A stretch of 64,000 nucleotides of DNA from the NCBI GenBank assembly GCA_036380875.1, contig DASVDX010000070.1, positions 20,233 to 84,232 on the forward strand. Reading direction: 5' to 3'. A model generated the notes under the pieces. The model was not told where the DNA came from, searched no databases, and was given only the letters and a program-made list of their open reading frames with translations. Both the position numbers and the translations under genes were made by a program. This document shows positions 37,141 to 46,281 of the stretch, one piece after another. The stretch is from Acidimicrobiia bacterium (GTDB lineage Bacteria > Actinomycetota > Acidimicrobiia > Spongiisociales > ZC4RG35). Numbering within the stretch: position 1 is the first letter of the stretch; every line of letters begins with the position of its first letter.

Positions 37141-38433
37141 ATGAGCGTGCACGCAGAACTCCTCGCCAGGCATCGCCAGGTGATGCCGAACTGGCTGGCG
37201 CTCTACTACGAGGAGCCGATCTCGCTCGTCGACGGGCAGGGGAGGAGGGTCACGGACGCCGAAGGTGTCACCTACCTCGACTTCTTCGGCGGGATCCTGA
37301 CGACGATGACCGGGTACAACGTCCCGGAGATCGTCGAGGCGATCAAGGCCCAGGCCGAGAAGATGGTCCATACCTCGACCCTGTACCTGATCGAGTCACA
37401 GATCGAGCTCGCCGAGAAGATCGCCGAGCTGTCGGGAATCCCCGACGCCAAGGTGTTCTTCACCAACTCGGGCACCGAGGCCAACGACACCGCCTTGATG
37501 CTGGCGACGCAGTATCGGCGGTCGAACCAGATCCTGGCGATCCGCGGTAGCTACCACGGGAAGTCCCACTCCACGGTGGCGATCACCGGGCAGAGGGCGT
37601 GGTCGGCCACCTCGCTTTCGCCGTTCGACGTCGTCTATGTGCACGGCGGCTACAAGCTGCGTTCGCCGTTCGGGCACCTTTCCGACGAGGAGTTCACCGC
37701 TGCCTGCGTCGCCGACCTGGAGAACCTCCTCGAGGTCGCCACCGCCGGTGACGTGGCGGCGATGATCGCCGAGCCCATCCAGGGCGTGGGCGGCTTCGTC
37801 ACCCCGCCCGACGGCTTCTTCGGCGCGATGGAGGAGGTGCTCGACCGTCACGGCATCCTCTTCATCTCCGACGAGGTCCAGACGGGGTGGGGCCGGACCG
37901 GTGAGCACTTCTGGGGCTACCAGGCCCACGGGATCACGCCCGACATCTTGACGTTCGCCAAGGGACTCGGGAACGGGCTGGCGATCGCCGGGGTGGTCGC
38001 CCGCGCCGAGATCATGGACTGCCTGGCCGCCAACTCGATCTCCACTTTCGGCGGAAACCCGTTGTCCACCGCCGGCGCCCTCGCCAACCTCGACTACGTC
38101 CTGAAACACGACCTGCAGTCGAATGCCTTCAAGATGGGTGGCCAGCTGAAGGAGGGCCTCGACTCCATCGCCGCCGAGGTCCCCGAGGTCCTCGAGGTGA
38201 GAGGCAAGGGCCTCATGCTGGGAGTGGAGTTCGGCCGACCCGACGGCACCCCCGACCCCGCCCTCACGGCCCGGGTGATGGAAGAAGCGAAGGCGGGACG
38301 ACTGCTGATCGGCAAGGGTGGGCTCTACGGCAACACGCTGCGCATCGCCCCACCCCTCACCGTCACCGCCGACGAGGTGGCCGAGGGTCTGGAGATCCTC
38401 GAAACCGCCGTGAAGCGAGCAACAGGAGGCTGA
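37141..38433 (+). CDS. Class III PLP aminotransferase, probable beta-alanine transaminase
   Basis: YLDFFGG, FTNSGTEAN, AEPIQGVGG, DEVQTGWGRTG, TFAKG. Confidence 0.9.
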   Translation: MSVHAELLARHRQVMPNWLALYYEEPISLVDGQGRRVTDAEGVTYLDFFGGILTTMTGYNVPEIVEAIKAQAEKMVHTSTLYLIESQIELAEKIAELSGIPDAKVFFTNSGTEANDTALMLATQYRRSNQILAIRGSYHGKSHSTVAITGQRAWSATSLSPFDVVYVHGGYKLRSPFGHLSDEEFTAACVADLENLLEVATAGDVAAMIAEPIQGVGGFVTPPDGFFGAMEEVLDRHGILFISDEVQTGWGRTGEHFWGYQAHGITPDILTFAKGLGNGLAIAGVVARAEIMDCLAANSISTFGGNPLSTAGALANLDYVLKHDLQSNAFKMGGQLKEGLDSIAAEVPEVLEVRGKGLMLGVEFGRPDGTPDPALTARVMEEAKAGRLLIGKGGLYGNTLRIAPPLTVTADEVAEGLEILETAVKRATGG

Positions 38434-38437
38434 GCCG

Positions 38438-39853
38438 ATGGCACGCACAATCATCGCCAACGGAACCGTCGTCACTGCAACCGACCGGGTGCCCGCCGAC
38501 GTCCTCATCGAGGGCGAGAAGATCGTCGCCATGGCCGCTCCCGGCAGCCACGACTGGACGGCCGACGAGACGATCGACGCCGCCGGCAAGTACGTGATCC
38601 CCGGCGGCATCGACGTCCACACCCACATGGAACTCCCGTTCGGGGGCACCTTCGCCTCCGACACGTTCGAAACCGGGACGCGCGCCGCCGCTTGGGGTGG
38701 CACGACCACCATCGTGGACTTCGCCGTCCAAACCAGGGGCACGAGCCTCATGGAGGGATTCGAGGCCTGGCGGGAGAAGGCTGACGGCAACTGCGCCATC
38801 GACTACGGGTTCCACCTGATCATCTCCGACGTCAACGAGCAGACGCTCAAGGAGATGGAGACCGCCTTCGACGAAGGCGTCACCTCCTACAAGATGTTCA
38901 TGGCCTATCCCGGCGTCTTCTACTCCGACGACGGGCAGATCTTCCGGGCCATGCAGAAGGCATCGGAGAACGGCTCGACGATCATGATGCACGCCGAGAA
39001 CGGCATCGCCATCGACGTCCTCGTCGAGCAGGCCCTCCAGCGAGGCGAAACCGACCCCATCTATCACGGCATCGTCCGCAAGTCGATTCTCGAAGGCGAG
39101 GCGACCCACCGGGCGATCAAGCTGGCGGAACTGGCCGGGGCGCCGCTCTACATCGTCCATCTCTCCGCCATGGAAGCACTGGAGGAGGTGACGATCGCCC
39201 GCGACCAGGACCTGAACGTTTTCGCCGAGACATGCCCCCAGTACCTGCTACTGGGCCTCGACGACCTGGGCAACGGGTTCGAGGGCGCCAAGTACGTGTG
39301 CTCGCCCCCGCTGCGTGACTGGGAAGCCGGCCACCAGGAGGAGCTCTGGAGGGGTCTGCGCGGCAACGACCTCCAGGTCGTCTCCACCGACCACTGCCCG
39401 TTCTGCATGGACGAGTTCGATGGCCTCATCGCCCAGAAGCGGCTCGGGGAAGGAGACTTCTCGAAGATCCCCAACGGCATGCCCGGTGTGGAGCCCCGGA
39501 TGGAGCTCATCTATCAGGCCGGTGTCGTGGAGGGGCGGATCACGCTCAACCGCTGGGTCGAGCTCTGCTCCACCGCTCCGGCCAAGATGTTCGGTATGTA
39601 CCCCGAGAAGGGGACCATCGCCGTCGGATCCGACGCCGACATCGTCATCTTCGACCCCGGGCAGTCGAAGACCATCTCGGTCGAGAACCAGCACATGCGG
39701 GTCGACTACTCCGCCTACGAAGGCTGGGAGGTGTCAGGAACCGTCGACATGGTGCTCAGCCGGGGCCGCAAGATCGTCTCGAGCGGCGAGTACCTGGGCG
39801 AGCAGGGACACGGACGCTACGTGAAGAGGGGCATCAACCAATATGCCCACTGA
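38438..39853 (+). CDS. hydA: Dihydropyrimidinase
   Basis: PGGIDVHTH, YKMFMAY, MHAENG, YIVHLS, STDHCPF, IPNGMPGVE. Confidence 0.95.
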   Translation: MARTIIANGTVVTATDRVPADVLIEGEKIVAMAAPGSHDWTADETIDAAGKYVIPGGIDVHTHMELPFGGTFASDTFETGTRAAAWGGTTTIVDFAVQTRGTSLMEGFEAWREKADGNCAIDYGFHLIISDVNEQTLKEMETAFDEGVTSYKMFMAYPGVFYSDDGQIFRAMQKASENGSTIMMHAENGIAIDVLVEQALQRGETDPIYHGIVRKSILEGEATHRAIKLAELAGAPLYIVHLSAMEALEEVTIARDQDLNVFAETCPQYLLLGLDDLGNGFEGAKYVCSPPLRDWEAGHQEELWRGLRGNDLQVVSTDHCPFCMDEFDGLIAQKRLGEGDFSKIPNGMPGVEPRMELIYQAGVVEGRITLNRWVELCSTAPAKMFGMYPEKGTIAVGSDADIVIFDPGQSKTISVENQHMRVDYSAYEGWEVSGTVDMVLSRGRKIVSSGEYLGEQGHGRYVKRGINQYAH

Positions 39854-39898
39854 CAGGAAGGGGGAGAGCGGGACAGCCCGCCTCCACAGGGAGCAACC

Positions 39899-41395
39899 AT
39901 GAAACGAATAGCACATTGGATCGGCGGGAAGGCGTGGGACGCCGAGCCCGAGCGCACCGGCCCGGTCTACAACCCGGCGACGGGTGAGCAGACAGGAGAG
40001 GTGGCTCTGGCCACGGTGGCCGAGGTGGACGCCGCAGTCGAGGCGGCCCGCAAGGCGTTCGAGGAGTGGCGAGACGTGCCGATCACCCGCCGCCAGAACG
40101 TCATGTTCGATTTCCGCCGCATCGTGGCGGAGCGCCGCCGGGAGATGGCGGAGGTGCTGACCTCCGAACACGGCAAGACCATCCCGGACGCCCTAGGGGA
40201 GGTGCAGCGCGGGCTGGAGGTGATCGAATTCGCCTGCAACATCGCTCACCTCACCAAAGGCGAGTACTCCGAGCAGGTCTCCACCGGCGTGGACACCTAC
40301 ACGATCCGCCAACCGCTGGGGGTCGTGGCGGGCATCACCCCGTTCAACTTCCCAGCGATGGTGCCCATGTGGATGTATCCGCTGGCGATCGCGGCGGGGA
40401 ACACGTTCGTGTTGAAGCCGTCGGAGAAGGACCCGTCGGCGTCGCTCCTCGCCGCCCAGTGGCTCGAGGAGGCGGGCCTGCCGCCGGGTGTGTTCAACGT
40501 GGTCCATGGTGACAAGGTGGCGGTGGACCGGATCCTCGAGCACCCCGACATCGCCGCGGTGTCCTTCGTCGGGTCCACCCCCATCGCCCGATACATCTAC
40601 GAGAACGGCACCAAACACGGGAAACGTGTCCAGGCTCTGGGCGGGGCGAAGAACCACATGGTGGTGCTGCCCGACGCCGACATGGAACTGGCCGCCGACG
40701 CCGCCGTGTCCGCTGGGTTCGGCTCGGCAGGTGAGCGGTGCATGGCCATCTCGGTCGTGGTGACGGTGGGCGACGCCGCCGACCGTTTGCTGCCGAAGGT
40801 GCTGGAGCGGATCGAGAAGCTGCGCACTGGACCGGGCGACGATCCCGACTCGGAGATGGGCCCGCTGGTGACCCCGGAGCACCGCCAACGCGTCCTCGGC
40901 TACATCGAGAAAGGCATCGAAGAAGGCGCCGAGCTCGTGGTCGACGGCCGCGGCTACGCCCCCGAAGGCTACGAAAACGGGTTCTACGTGGCACCGACGC
41001 TGTTCGACAGAGTCACGCCCGACATGACGATCTACAAGGAAGAGATCTTCGGGCCCGTGCTGTCGACGGTCCGGATGGACACGTATCAGCAAGCTATCGA
41101 CCTGATCAACGCCAACCCCTACGGCAACGGCACCGCCGTGTTCACCAACGACGGGGGAGCGGCGCGCCTGTTCCAGAACCAGATACAGGTCGGCATGGTC
41201 GGCATCAACCTGCCGATTCCCGTCCCGTTGGCGTTCTACAGCTTCGGGGGCTGGAAGAACTCACTGTTCGGAACCCACCCGATCTACGGGCCGTACGGGG
41301 TCGACTTCTACACGCGACAGAAGGTCGTCATCAGCCGCTGGCCCGACCCGATGCATCGGGGCGTGGATCTCGGCTTCCCCCAGCACGGATCATGA
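39899..41395 (+). CDS. mmsA: CoA-acylating (methyl)malonate-semialdehyde dehydrogenase
   Basis: GITPFNFPAMVPMW, LKPSEKDP, FVGSTPIA, GGAKNH, AGERCMA, EEIFGPV. Confidence 0.95.
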   Translation: MKRIAHWIGGKAWDAEPERTGPVYNPATGEQTGEVALATVAEVDAAVEAARKAFEEWRDVPITRRQNVMFDFRRIVAERRREMAEVLTSEHGKTIPDALGEVQRGLEVIEFACNIAHLTKGEYSEQVSTGVDTYTIRQPLGVVAGITPFNFPAMVPMWMYPLAIAAGNTFVLKPSEKDPSASLLAAQWLEEAGLPPGVFNVVHGDKVAVDRILEHPDIAAVSFVGSTPIARYIYENGTKHGKRVQALGGAKNHMVVLPDADMELAADAAVSAGFGSAGERCMAISVVVTVGDAADRLLPKVLERIEKLRTGPGDDPDSEMGPLVTPEHRQRVLGYIEKGIEEGAELVVDGRGYAPEGYENGFYVAPTLFDRVTPDMTIYKEEIFGPVLSTVRMDTYQQAIDLINANPYGNGTAVFTNDGGAARLFQNQIQVGMVGINLPIPVPLAFYSFGGWKNSLFGTHPIYGPYGVDFYTRQKVVISRWPDPMHRGVDLGFPQHGS

Positions 41396-41401
41396 CCCTG
41401 A

Positions 41402-41433
41402 AGTCGGCAGTCGGAAATCGGCAGTCGGAAGTC
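41402..41433 (+). repeat. Heptamer tandem repeat
   Basis: AGTCGGC AGTCGGA AATCGGC AGTCGGA AGTC; shares a 16-mer with 37107-37122. Confidence 0.8.
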
Positions 41434-41573
41434 CTCCCGCGGCGGCAGCGGACGCGAACCGCGGACGATTCCCGTTCGAAGACAGGCGCGACCAGCGTCC
41501 ACGCCAGTATGACGACGCGCGGGGGTTTCGGGGGGGTCGTGCCCCCGCCCGAGTGCAGCGAGGGAAAGTGGTC

Positions 41574-42581
41574 ATGGAGTTCGGTGTAGTCATCCAGACC
41601 GACCCACCGGCCTCGAGGGTCATCGAGCTGGCCAAGCTGGCTGAGGCGAACGGGTTCACCTACGGGTGGACCTTCGACTCCCACGTCCTGTGGCAGGAGC
41701 CGTTCGTCATCTACTCGCAGATGCTGGCGCAGACCGAGCGGATGATCGTCGGCCCGATGGTGACGAACCCGGGGACACGGGACTGGACGGTTCTGGCGTC
41801 GTTGTTCGCCACGCTGAACGAGATGTTCGACGGGCGGACGATTTGCGGCATGGGACGAGGTGACTCCGCCCTCCGCTACATCAATCAGCAGCCGACGACC
41901 CTGCAGACGATGGTCGAATCGATGCGGATCATCAAGGCCCTGGTGGCCGGCGAGTCCGTCGTCTACAACGGCAAGGAGCTGCGGATCCCCTGGATCCCGG
42001 AGGGGGGAGGCTGGGAGCTGCCGATGTGGGGAGCCGGCTACGGGCCCAAGGCGCTCGCCACCATCGGGGAGCACTGCGACGGGTTCATCCTCCAACTCGC
42101 CGACCCCCAGATCCTCGAATGGACGATGGGAACCGTCCGCGAGGCGGCGGAACGAGCCGGCCGGGATCCCGACGAGATCGCCATCTGTGTGGTCGCCCCG
42201 GCATACGTCGGCGACGACATCGCCCACCAGCGCGACCAGGTGAGGTGGTTCGGCGGGATGGTCGGCAACCACGTCGCTGACCTCGTGGAGCGGTACGGCA
42301 AGGACGGCCCCATCCCCAAGGTCCTCACCGACTACATCGACGCCCGCAAGGGCTACGACTACGACCACCACGGCAGGTCCGACAACCCCTCGACCGACTT
42401 CGTCCCCGACGACATCGTGGACCGCTTCTGCGTGCTCGGCACGGTCGAGGACCACATCGCCAAGTTGTCCGAGTTGAGGGACCTGGGCGTCGACCAGTTC
42501 GGCATCTACCTGATGCACGACAACAAGGAGGGGACTCTCCAGGCCTACGGGGAAAAGATCATCCCCGCTCTGGCCGGCTGA
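41574..42581 (+). CDS. LLM-class, probably F420-dependent oxidoreductase (TIGR03842-like)
   Basis: MEFGVVIQTDPP, WTFDSHVLWQEPF, GPMVTNP.TR, GRGDSA, GYGPKAL. Confidence 0.85.
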   Translation: MEFGVVIQTDPPASRVIELAKLAEANGFTYGWTFDSHVLWQEPFVIYSQMLAQTERMIVGPMVTNPGTRDWTVLASLFATLNEMFDGRTICGMGRGDSALRYINQQPTTLQTMVESMRIIKALVAGESVVYNGKELRIPWIPEGGGWELPMWGAGYGPKALATIGEHCDGFILQLADPQILEWTMGTVREAAERAGRDPDEIAICVVAPAYVGDDIAHQRDQVRWFGGMVGNHVADLVERYGKDGPIPKVLTDYIDARKGYDYDHHGRSDNPSTDFVPDDIVDRFCVLGTVEDHIAKLSELRDLGVDQFGIYLMHDNKEGTLQAYGEKIIPALAG

Positions 42582-42604
42582 GCTCCGAACTGCAGATACC
42601 CACG

Positions 42605-42636
42605 AAAAAGGAGGGCGGCCCATCGGCCGCCCTCCT
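42605..42636 (-). terminator. Intrinsic terminator between convergent genes
   Basis: 12-bp stem AGGAGGGCGGCC-CATC-GGCCGCCCTCCT with an A-run upstream (U-tail on minus strand). Confidence 0.8.
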
Positions 42637-42659
42637 CATCGTTTCGCCGGTCTGTCGGA

Positions 42660-44684
42660 TCAGGGAGCAGCGACGACGTCGATCCGGTCCGTCGCCGGTG
42701 GATCGATCGGGCTGTTGGCCGCGAAGTAGTCCACCAGGGCGTCGAGATCGACATCACCGCCCACCCGGTCGGTGCCTTCCCGCAGCACCACGAAGTTGTC
42801 GCCTCCGTCGGCCAGGAAGCTGTTGACGGTGACGCGGTAGCTGGCGTTCAGGTCTATCGGGGTCCCGTCGATCGTGATGGTCGCCGGGTCGACCCGGTCG
42901 CCCACTGGAGCGTTGGGATCCCACGTGTAGCTGAAGCCCTCCGAGACCTGGAGGACCCGACCGGGCGGATCCTGGCCCTCCCACTGCTGCTCGAGCAGCG
43001 TCTCGATCTGGGCGCCGGTGAGCGTCATCGTCACGAGGCTGTTGCCGAACGGTTGCACGGCGAATGCCTCGCCGTAGGTCACCTCACCCGGGCCCTCGCT
43101 GCCACTGGGGGCGAAGACGAAACCGGCATCGGTGCGGATGCCGCCCGGATTCATGAACGCCACCACGGCGTTCGCCGGCGCTGCCTGGGTGGCCGCCAAC
43201 TGGGCATCAGCGATCAGGTTGCCGACCGGCGACTCGCCCGAGTCGTCGTAGTCCTCGGGGATGTCGGCGGTGATGGTCCCGATCACCTGGTTGGCCGCTT
43301 CGGCCGAGAGTTCCTCGTACTTGGTTATCAACTCGGTGAGGTCCTCTGCCGCCGTCTGGCCCTCGTGGTAGGTCGGGACGTTGTCGATCCTCACCACCTC
43401 GAGGTCGCCGGTGCCCCGGTCGATGCGGACGTCGATCTCGGTGAACAGACGCCCGGCGTTGTCGGCCATCGTCACCCACTTGCCGTCCACTTCGCAGACG
43501 AACTCGTCGTTGACATGGCCGGCGATGACGAGGTCGACGGCGTCGTCGAAGCCGGCGACGATGTCGGCGAGCGGACCGGTCAGACCGTCCAGACATTCGT
43601 CGCCTTCGGGCCCACCGTCCGAGAAGCCGCCCTCGTGGAGGAGCACGACGATCGCCTCGATGCCCTGGGCTTGCAGCTCAGGAACGAGGGCGTTCACGGT
43701 CTCTACCTCGTCGTGGAACGTGAGACCGGCCACACCCTCCTGGGTGACGATCGTCGGGGTTCCCTCGAGGGTCATCCCGATGAAGGCGACCTTCTCGTTC
43801 CAATAGGTCTTGACCGAATAGGGCGGGAAGAGCGTGTCGCCGGAGGCATCGACGGTCACGTTGGCCGCCAGGAACTGGAAGTCGGCCCCGGTGAACGGCT
43901 CACCGTCGGCGTCCGGGATCGTCGGATGTGCCCCGCCGTTCTGCATGCGGCGCAACTCCGCCGGCCCTTCATCGAATTCGTGGTTGCCGACGGCGTTGAG
44001 TTCCAATCCGATGAGGTTCATCGCCTCGATTGTCGGCTCGTCCTGGAAGAGCGCCGACACGAGCGGCGACGCCCCGATCAGGTCACCAGCCGACACGAAG
44101 ATCGAGTTCTTCACCTCGGCGCGCTCGTTGCGGATGTACGTCGCCAGGTAGTCGGCACGGCCCACCGGCTTTCCGAGCCACTCGCCCGTCGTGTTGATGT
44201 TGCCGTGGAAGTCGTTGAGGGCGAGGATCCGCAATGGCACGGAGCCGACCGAGTCGGCCCGGTGGAAGAACGCCGCCATCTGCTCGCGAGTTATGAAGTC
44301 ATCGGGGCAGAACTGGTCATTCGCAGGCGGATTGCATCCACGGGTGATGCCCGCCGCCGACAACCGGAGGATGTCCCCTTCGAACAGATGGTTGTCCGTG
44401 TCGGTGAAGTCCGTCCCCCCAGTGGTGTCGGTCAACCCGAGCGCCCGGACGAAGAACGCCGCCATCTGCCCACGAGTCACGAAATCATCGGGGCAGAACA
44501 GCGTGTTGTCGGGCGGGTTACACCCCCGGGTGATGTCGTTTTCCTTGAGCCAATCGATGTCGCCATGGAAGATGTTGCTGTCCGGCACATCTTCGAACTG
44601 GTGGGAAGCCATGCCGGGCAACGCGCCCAGGATCGTGACCAACCCGACGATCAAGGCGACCACCAATGGGGTTCGTGGTCTCAC
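42660..44684 (-). CDS. Secreted SLH-domain 5'-nucleotidase / metallophosphoesterase
   Basis: Signal peptide, two SLH repeats (GITRGCNPP...FCPDD..TR.QMAAF), NDFHG, AGDLIG, VGNHEFD, NPGGIR, QPFGN, VNSFLADGGD. Confidence 0.9.
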   Translation of the reverse strand: MRPRTPLVVALIVGLVTILGALPGMASHQFEDVPDSNIFHGDIDWLKENDITRGCNPPDNTLFCPDDFVTRGQMAAFFVRALGLTDTTGGTDFTDTDNHLFEGDILRLSAAGITRGCNPPANDQFCPDDFITREQMAAFFHRADSVGSVPLRILALNDFHGNINTTGEWLGKPVGRADYLATYIRNERAEVKNSIFVSAGDLIGASPLVSALFQDEPTIEAMNLIGLELNAVGNHEFDEGPAELRRMQNGGAHPTIPDADGEPFTGADFQFLAANVTVDASGDTLFPPYSVKTYWNEKVAFIGMTLEGTPTIVTQEGVAGLTFHDEVETVNALVPELQAQGIEAIVVLLHEGGFSDGGPEGDECLDGLTGPLADIVAGFDDAVDLVIAGHVNDEFVCEVDGKWVTMADNAGRLFTEIDVRIDRGTGDLEVVRIDNVPTYHEGQTAAEDLTELITKYEELSAEAANQVIGTITADIPEDYDDSGESPVGNLIADAQLAATQAAPANAVVAFMNPGGIRTDAGFVFAPSGSEGPGEVTYGEAFAVQPFGNSLVTMTLTGAQIETLLEQQWEGQDPPGRVLQVSEGFSYTWDPNAPVGDRVDPATITIDGTPIDLNASYRVTVNSFLADGGDNFVVLREGTDRVGGDVDLDALVDYFAANSPIDPPATDRIDVVAAP

Positions 44685-44843
44685 TCTCTCCCTCCTTCTC
44701 CTCCTCGTGCGGGCGAGAAGCCCGCCCTGCTGCCCAACGTAGCCACGTCGGGCGTCCCGCGCTCAACCTAGCGACTGCCGCGATCTTGCGCATCGGCAAC
44801 CGGCGCTCATCCGCCCTGCGCCCACCGTTACCCTGTGTCCGCT

Positions 44844-45344
44844 ATGGCCATCTTTCCGATCCGGACATTCGGCGACCCCGTGTTGCGGACTCCGGCGAAG
44901 CCCGTAGAGGAGATCGACGACAAGATCCGCACGCTGGTCGAGGACATGATCGAGACCATGTACGACGCACCCGGGGTCGGCCTGGCCGCGCCCCAGATCG
45001 GGGTCAGTTTGCGCATCGCGGTGTTCGACTCCGGCGATGGGCTCGGTGCCCGGGCGATGATCAACCCCGAACTGGTCGAAACGGCGGGGGAGTGGGAGTT
45101 CGAGGAGGGTTGCCTGTCGGTGCCCGGATACTGGTGGAACATCAAGCGGCCCGCCTACGCCAAGATCAAGGCCCTCAACGAGGAGGGTGAGGAGGTCGTG
45201 TACGAGGGCGAAGAGCTGATGGGGCGGGTGTTGCAGCACGAGTACCAGCACCTCGAGGGCATCCTGATCATCGACCAGCTCACCCGCCGGGAACGGAAGA
45301 AGGTGCTGAAGGAACTGAGCGAGCAGGCGCTGGGGCTGGGGTGA
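44844..45344 (+). CDS. def: Peptide deformylase
   Basis: GVGLAAPQIG, EGCLS, QHEYQHLEG. Confidence 0.96.
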   Translation: MAIFPIRTFGDPVLRTPAKPVEEIDDKIRTLVEDMIETMYDAPGVGLAAPQIGVSLRIAVFDSGDGLGARAMINPELVETAGEWEFEEGCLSVPGYWWNIKRPAYAKIKALNEEGEEVVYEGEELMGRVLQHEYQHLEGILIIDQLTRRERKKVLKELSEQALGLG

Positions 45345-46237
45345 AAGCCGTTTTCTGTGGCACCCCCCAGATCTCCGTACCTTCCCTCCACGCTCTCGCC
45401 CGCATCGCCGACATCGACCTGGTAGTGACCCGCCCTGACGCCCGGCGGGGACGCAACCGCCGGCTCCAGCCACCTCCGGTCAAAGACGCCGCCGAGAGAC
45501 TGGGCCTCCCGGTCGCACAACCCTCCACCAAGAACGAGCTCGCCGAGCTGCTGTCACCGAGGGCTTTCGACGTCGGTGTGGTCGTTGCCTTCGGCATGCT
45601 CCTCCAGCCCGAGGTCCTCGCCATCCCGCGTGCCGGGTTCGTCAACGTGCACTTCTCGCTCCTGCCGCGGTGGAGGGGAGCCGCTCCGGTCGAGCGGGCG
45701 GTGATGGCGGGGGACACCGAAACCGGCGTCACGATCATGTTGATGGACCAAGGACTGGACACTGGGCCGATCCTCTCCCAGGAGCGCACCCCGATCGAGG
45801 ATTCAGACACCGGCGGATCCCTGCGGGACCGCCTGGCCGAGATGGGAGCGAAACTCCTAGCCGAGACGCTTCCTGCCTGGGTTTCAGGTGACATCGAGCC
45901 GGTCCCTCAACCCGAAGAAGGAGCCACCTACGCCCCTCGTCTCCAGCCCGAGGATCGAGTGCTCACCACCGACATGACCGTGGCCGAGGCCTGGAACCGG
46001 ATCCGCGCCCTGGCCCCGGACATCGGGGCGCAACTCGTCATCGACGGTGCGACTCACAAGGTCCTGGCAGCCACCCCGGCCGATGTGGTGCTGGCGTCCG
46101 GGCAATGGGCCAGCGTCGACGGTGTTCCGGTCGTCGGGTTCGCCGACGGCGCCCTCGCAATCGTTTCTATCCAGCCGCCCGGCAAGCGGGCGATGGGTGG
46201 CGCCGACTGGCTTCGCGGTCGATCCCTGCCTGGCTGA
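45341..46237 (+). CDS. fmt: Methionyl-tRNA formyltransferase
   Basis: FCGTP, NVHFSLLPRWRGAAP, LDTGP. Confidence 0.96.
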   Translation: MKAVFCGTPQISVPSLHALARIADIDLVVTRPDARRGRNRRLQPPPVKDAAERLGLPVAQPSTKNELAELLSPRAFDVGVVVAFGMLLQPEVLAIPRAGFVNVHFSLLPRWRGAAPVERAVMAGDTETGVTIMLMDQGLDTGPILSQERTPIEDSDTGGSLRDRLAEMGAKLLAETLPAWVSGDIEPVPQPEEGATYAPRLQPEDRVLTTDMTVAEAWNRIRALAPDIGAQLVIDGATHKVLAATPADVVLASGQWASVDGVPVVGFADGALAIVSIQPPGKRAMGGADWLRGRSLPG

Positions 46238-46268
46238 ACGCTTCCCGGTCGCAGACGCAATAGGTCGG

Positions 46269-46274
46269 TAGACT
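46269..46274 (+). promoter_or_regulatory. -10 element (TAGACT) for likely leaderless rpe
   Basis: Hexamer 7 nt before ATG 46282, no SD. Confidence 0.55.
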
Positions 46275-46281
46275 CATGCCG

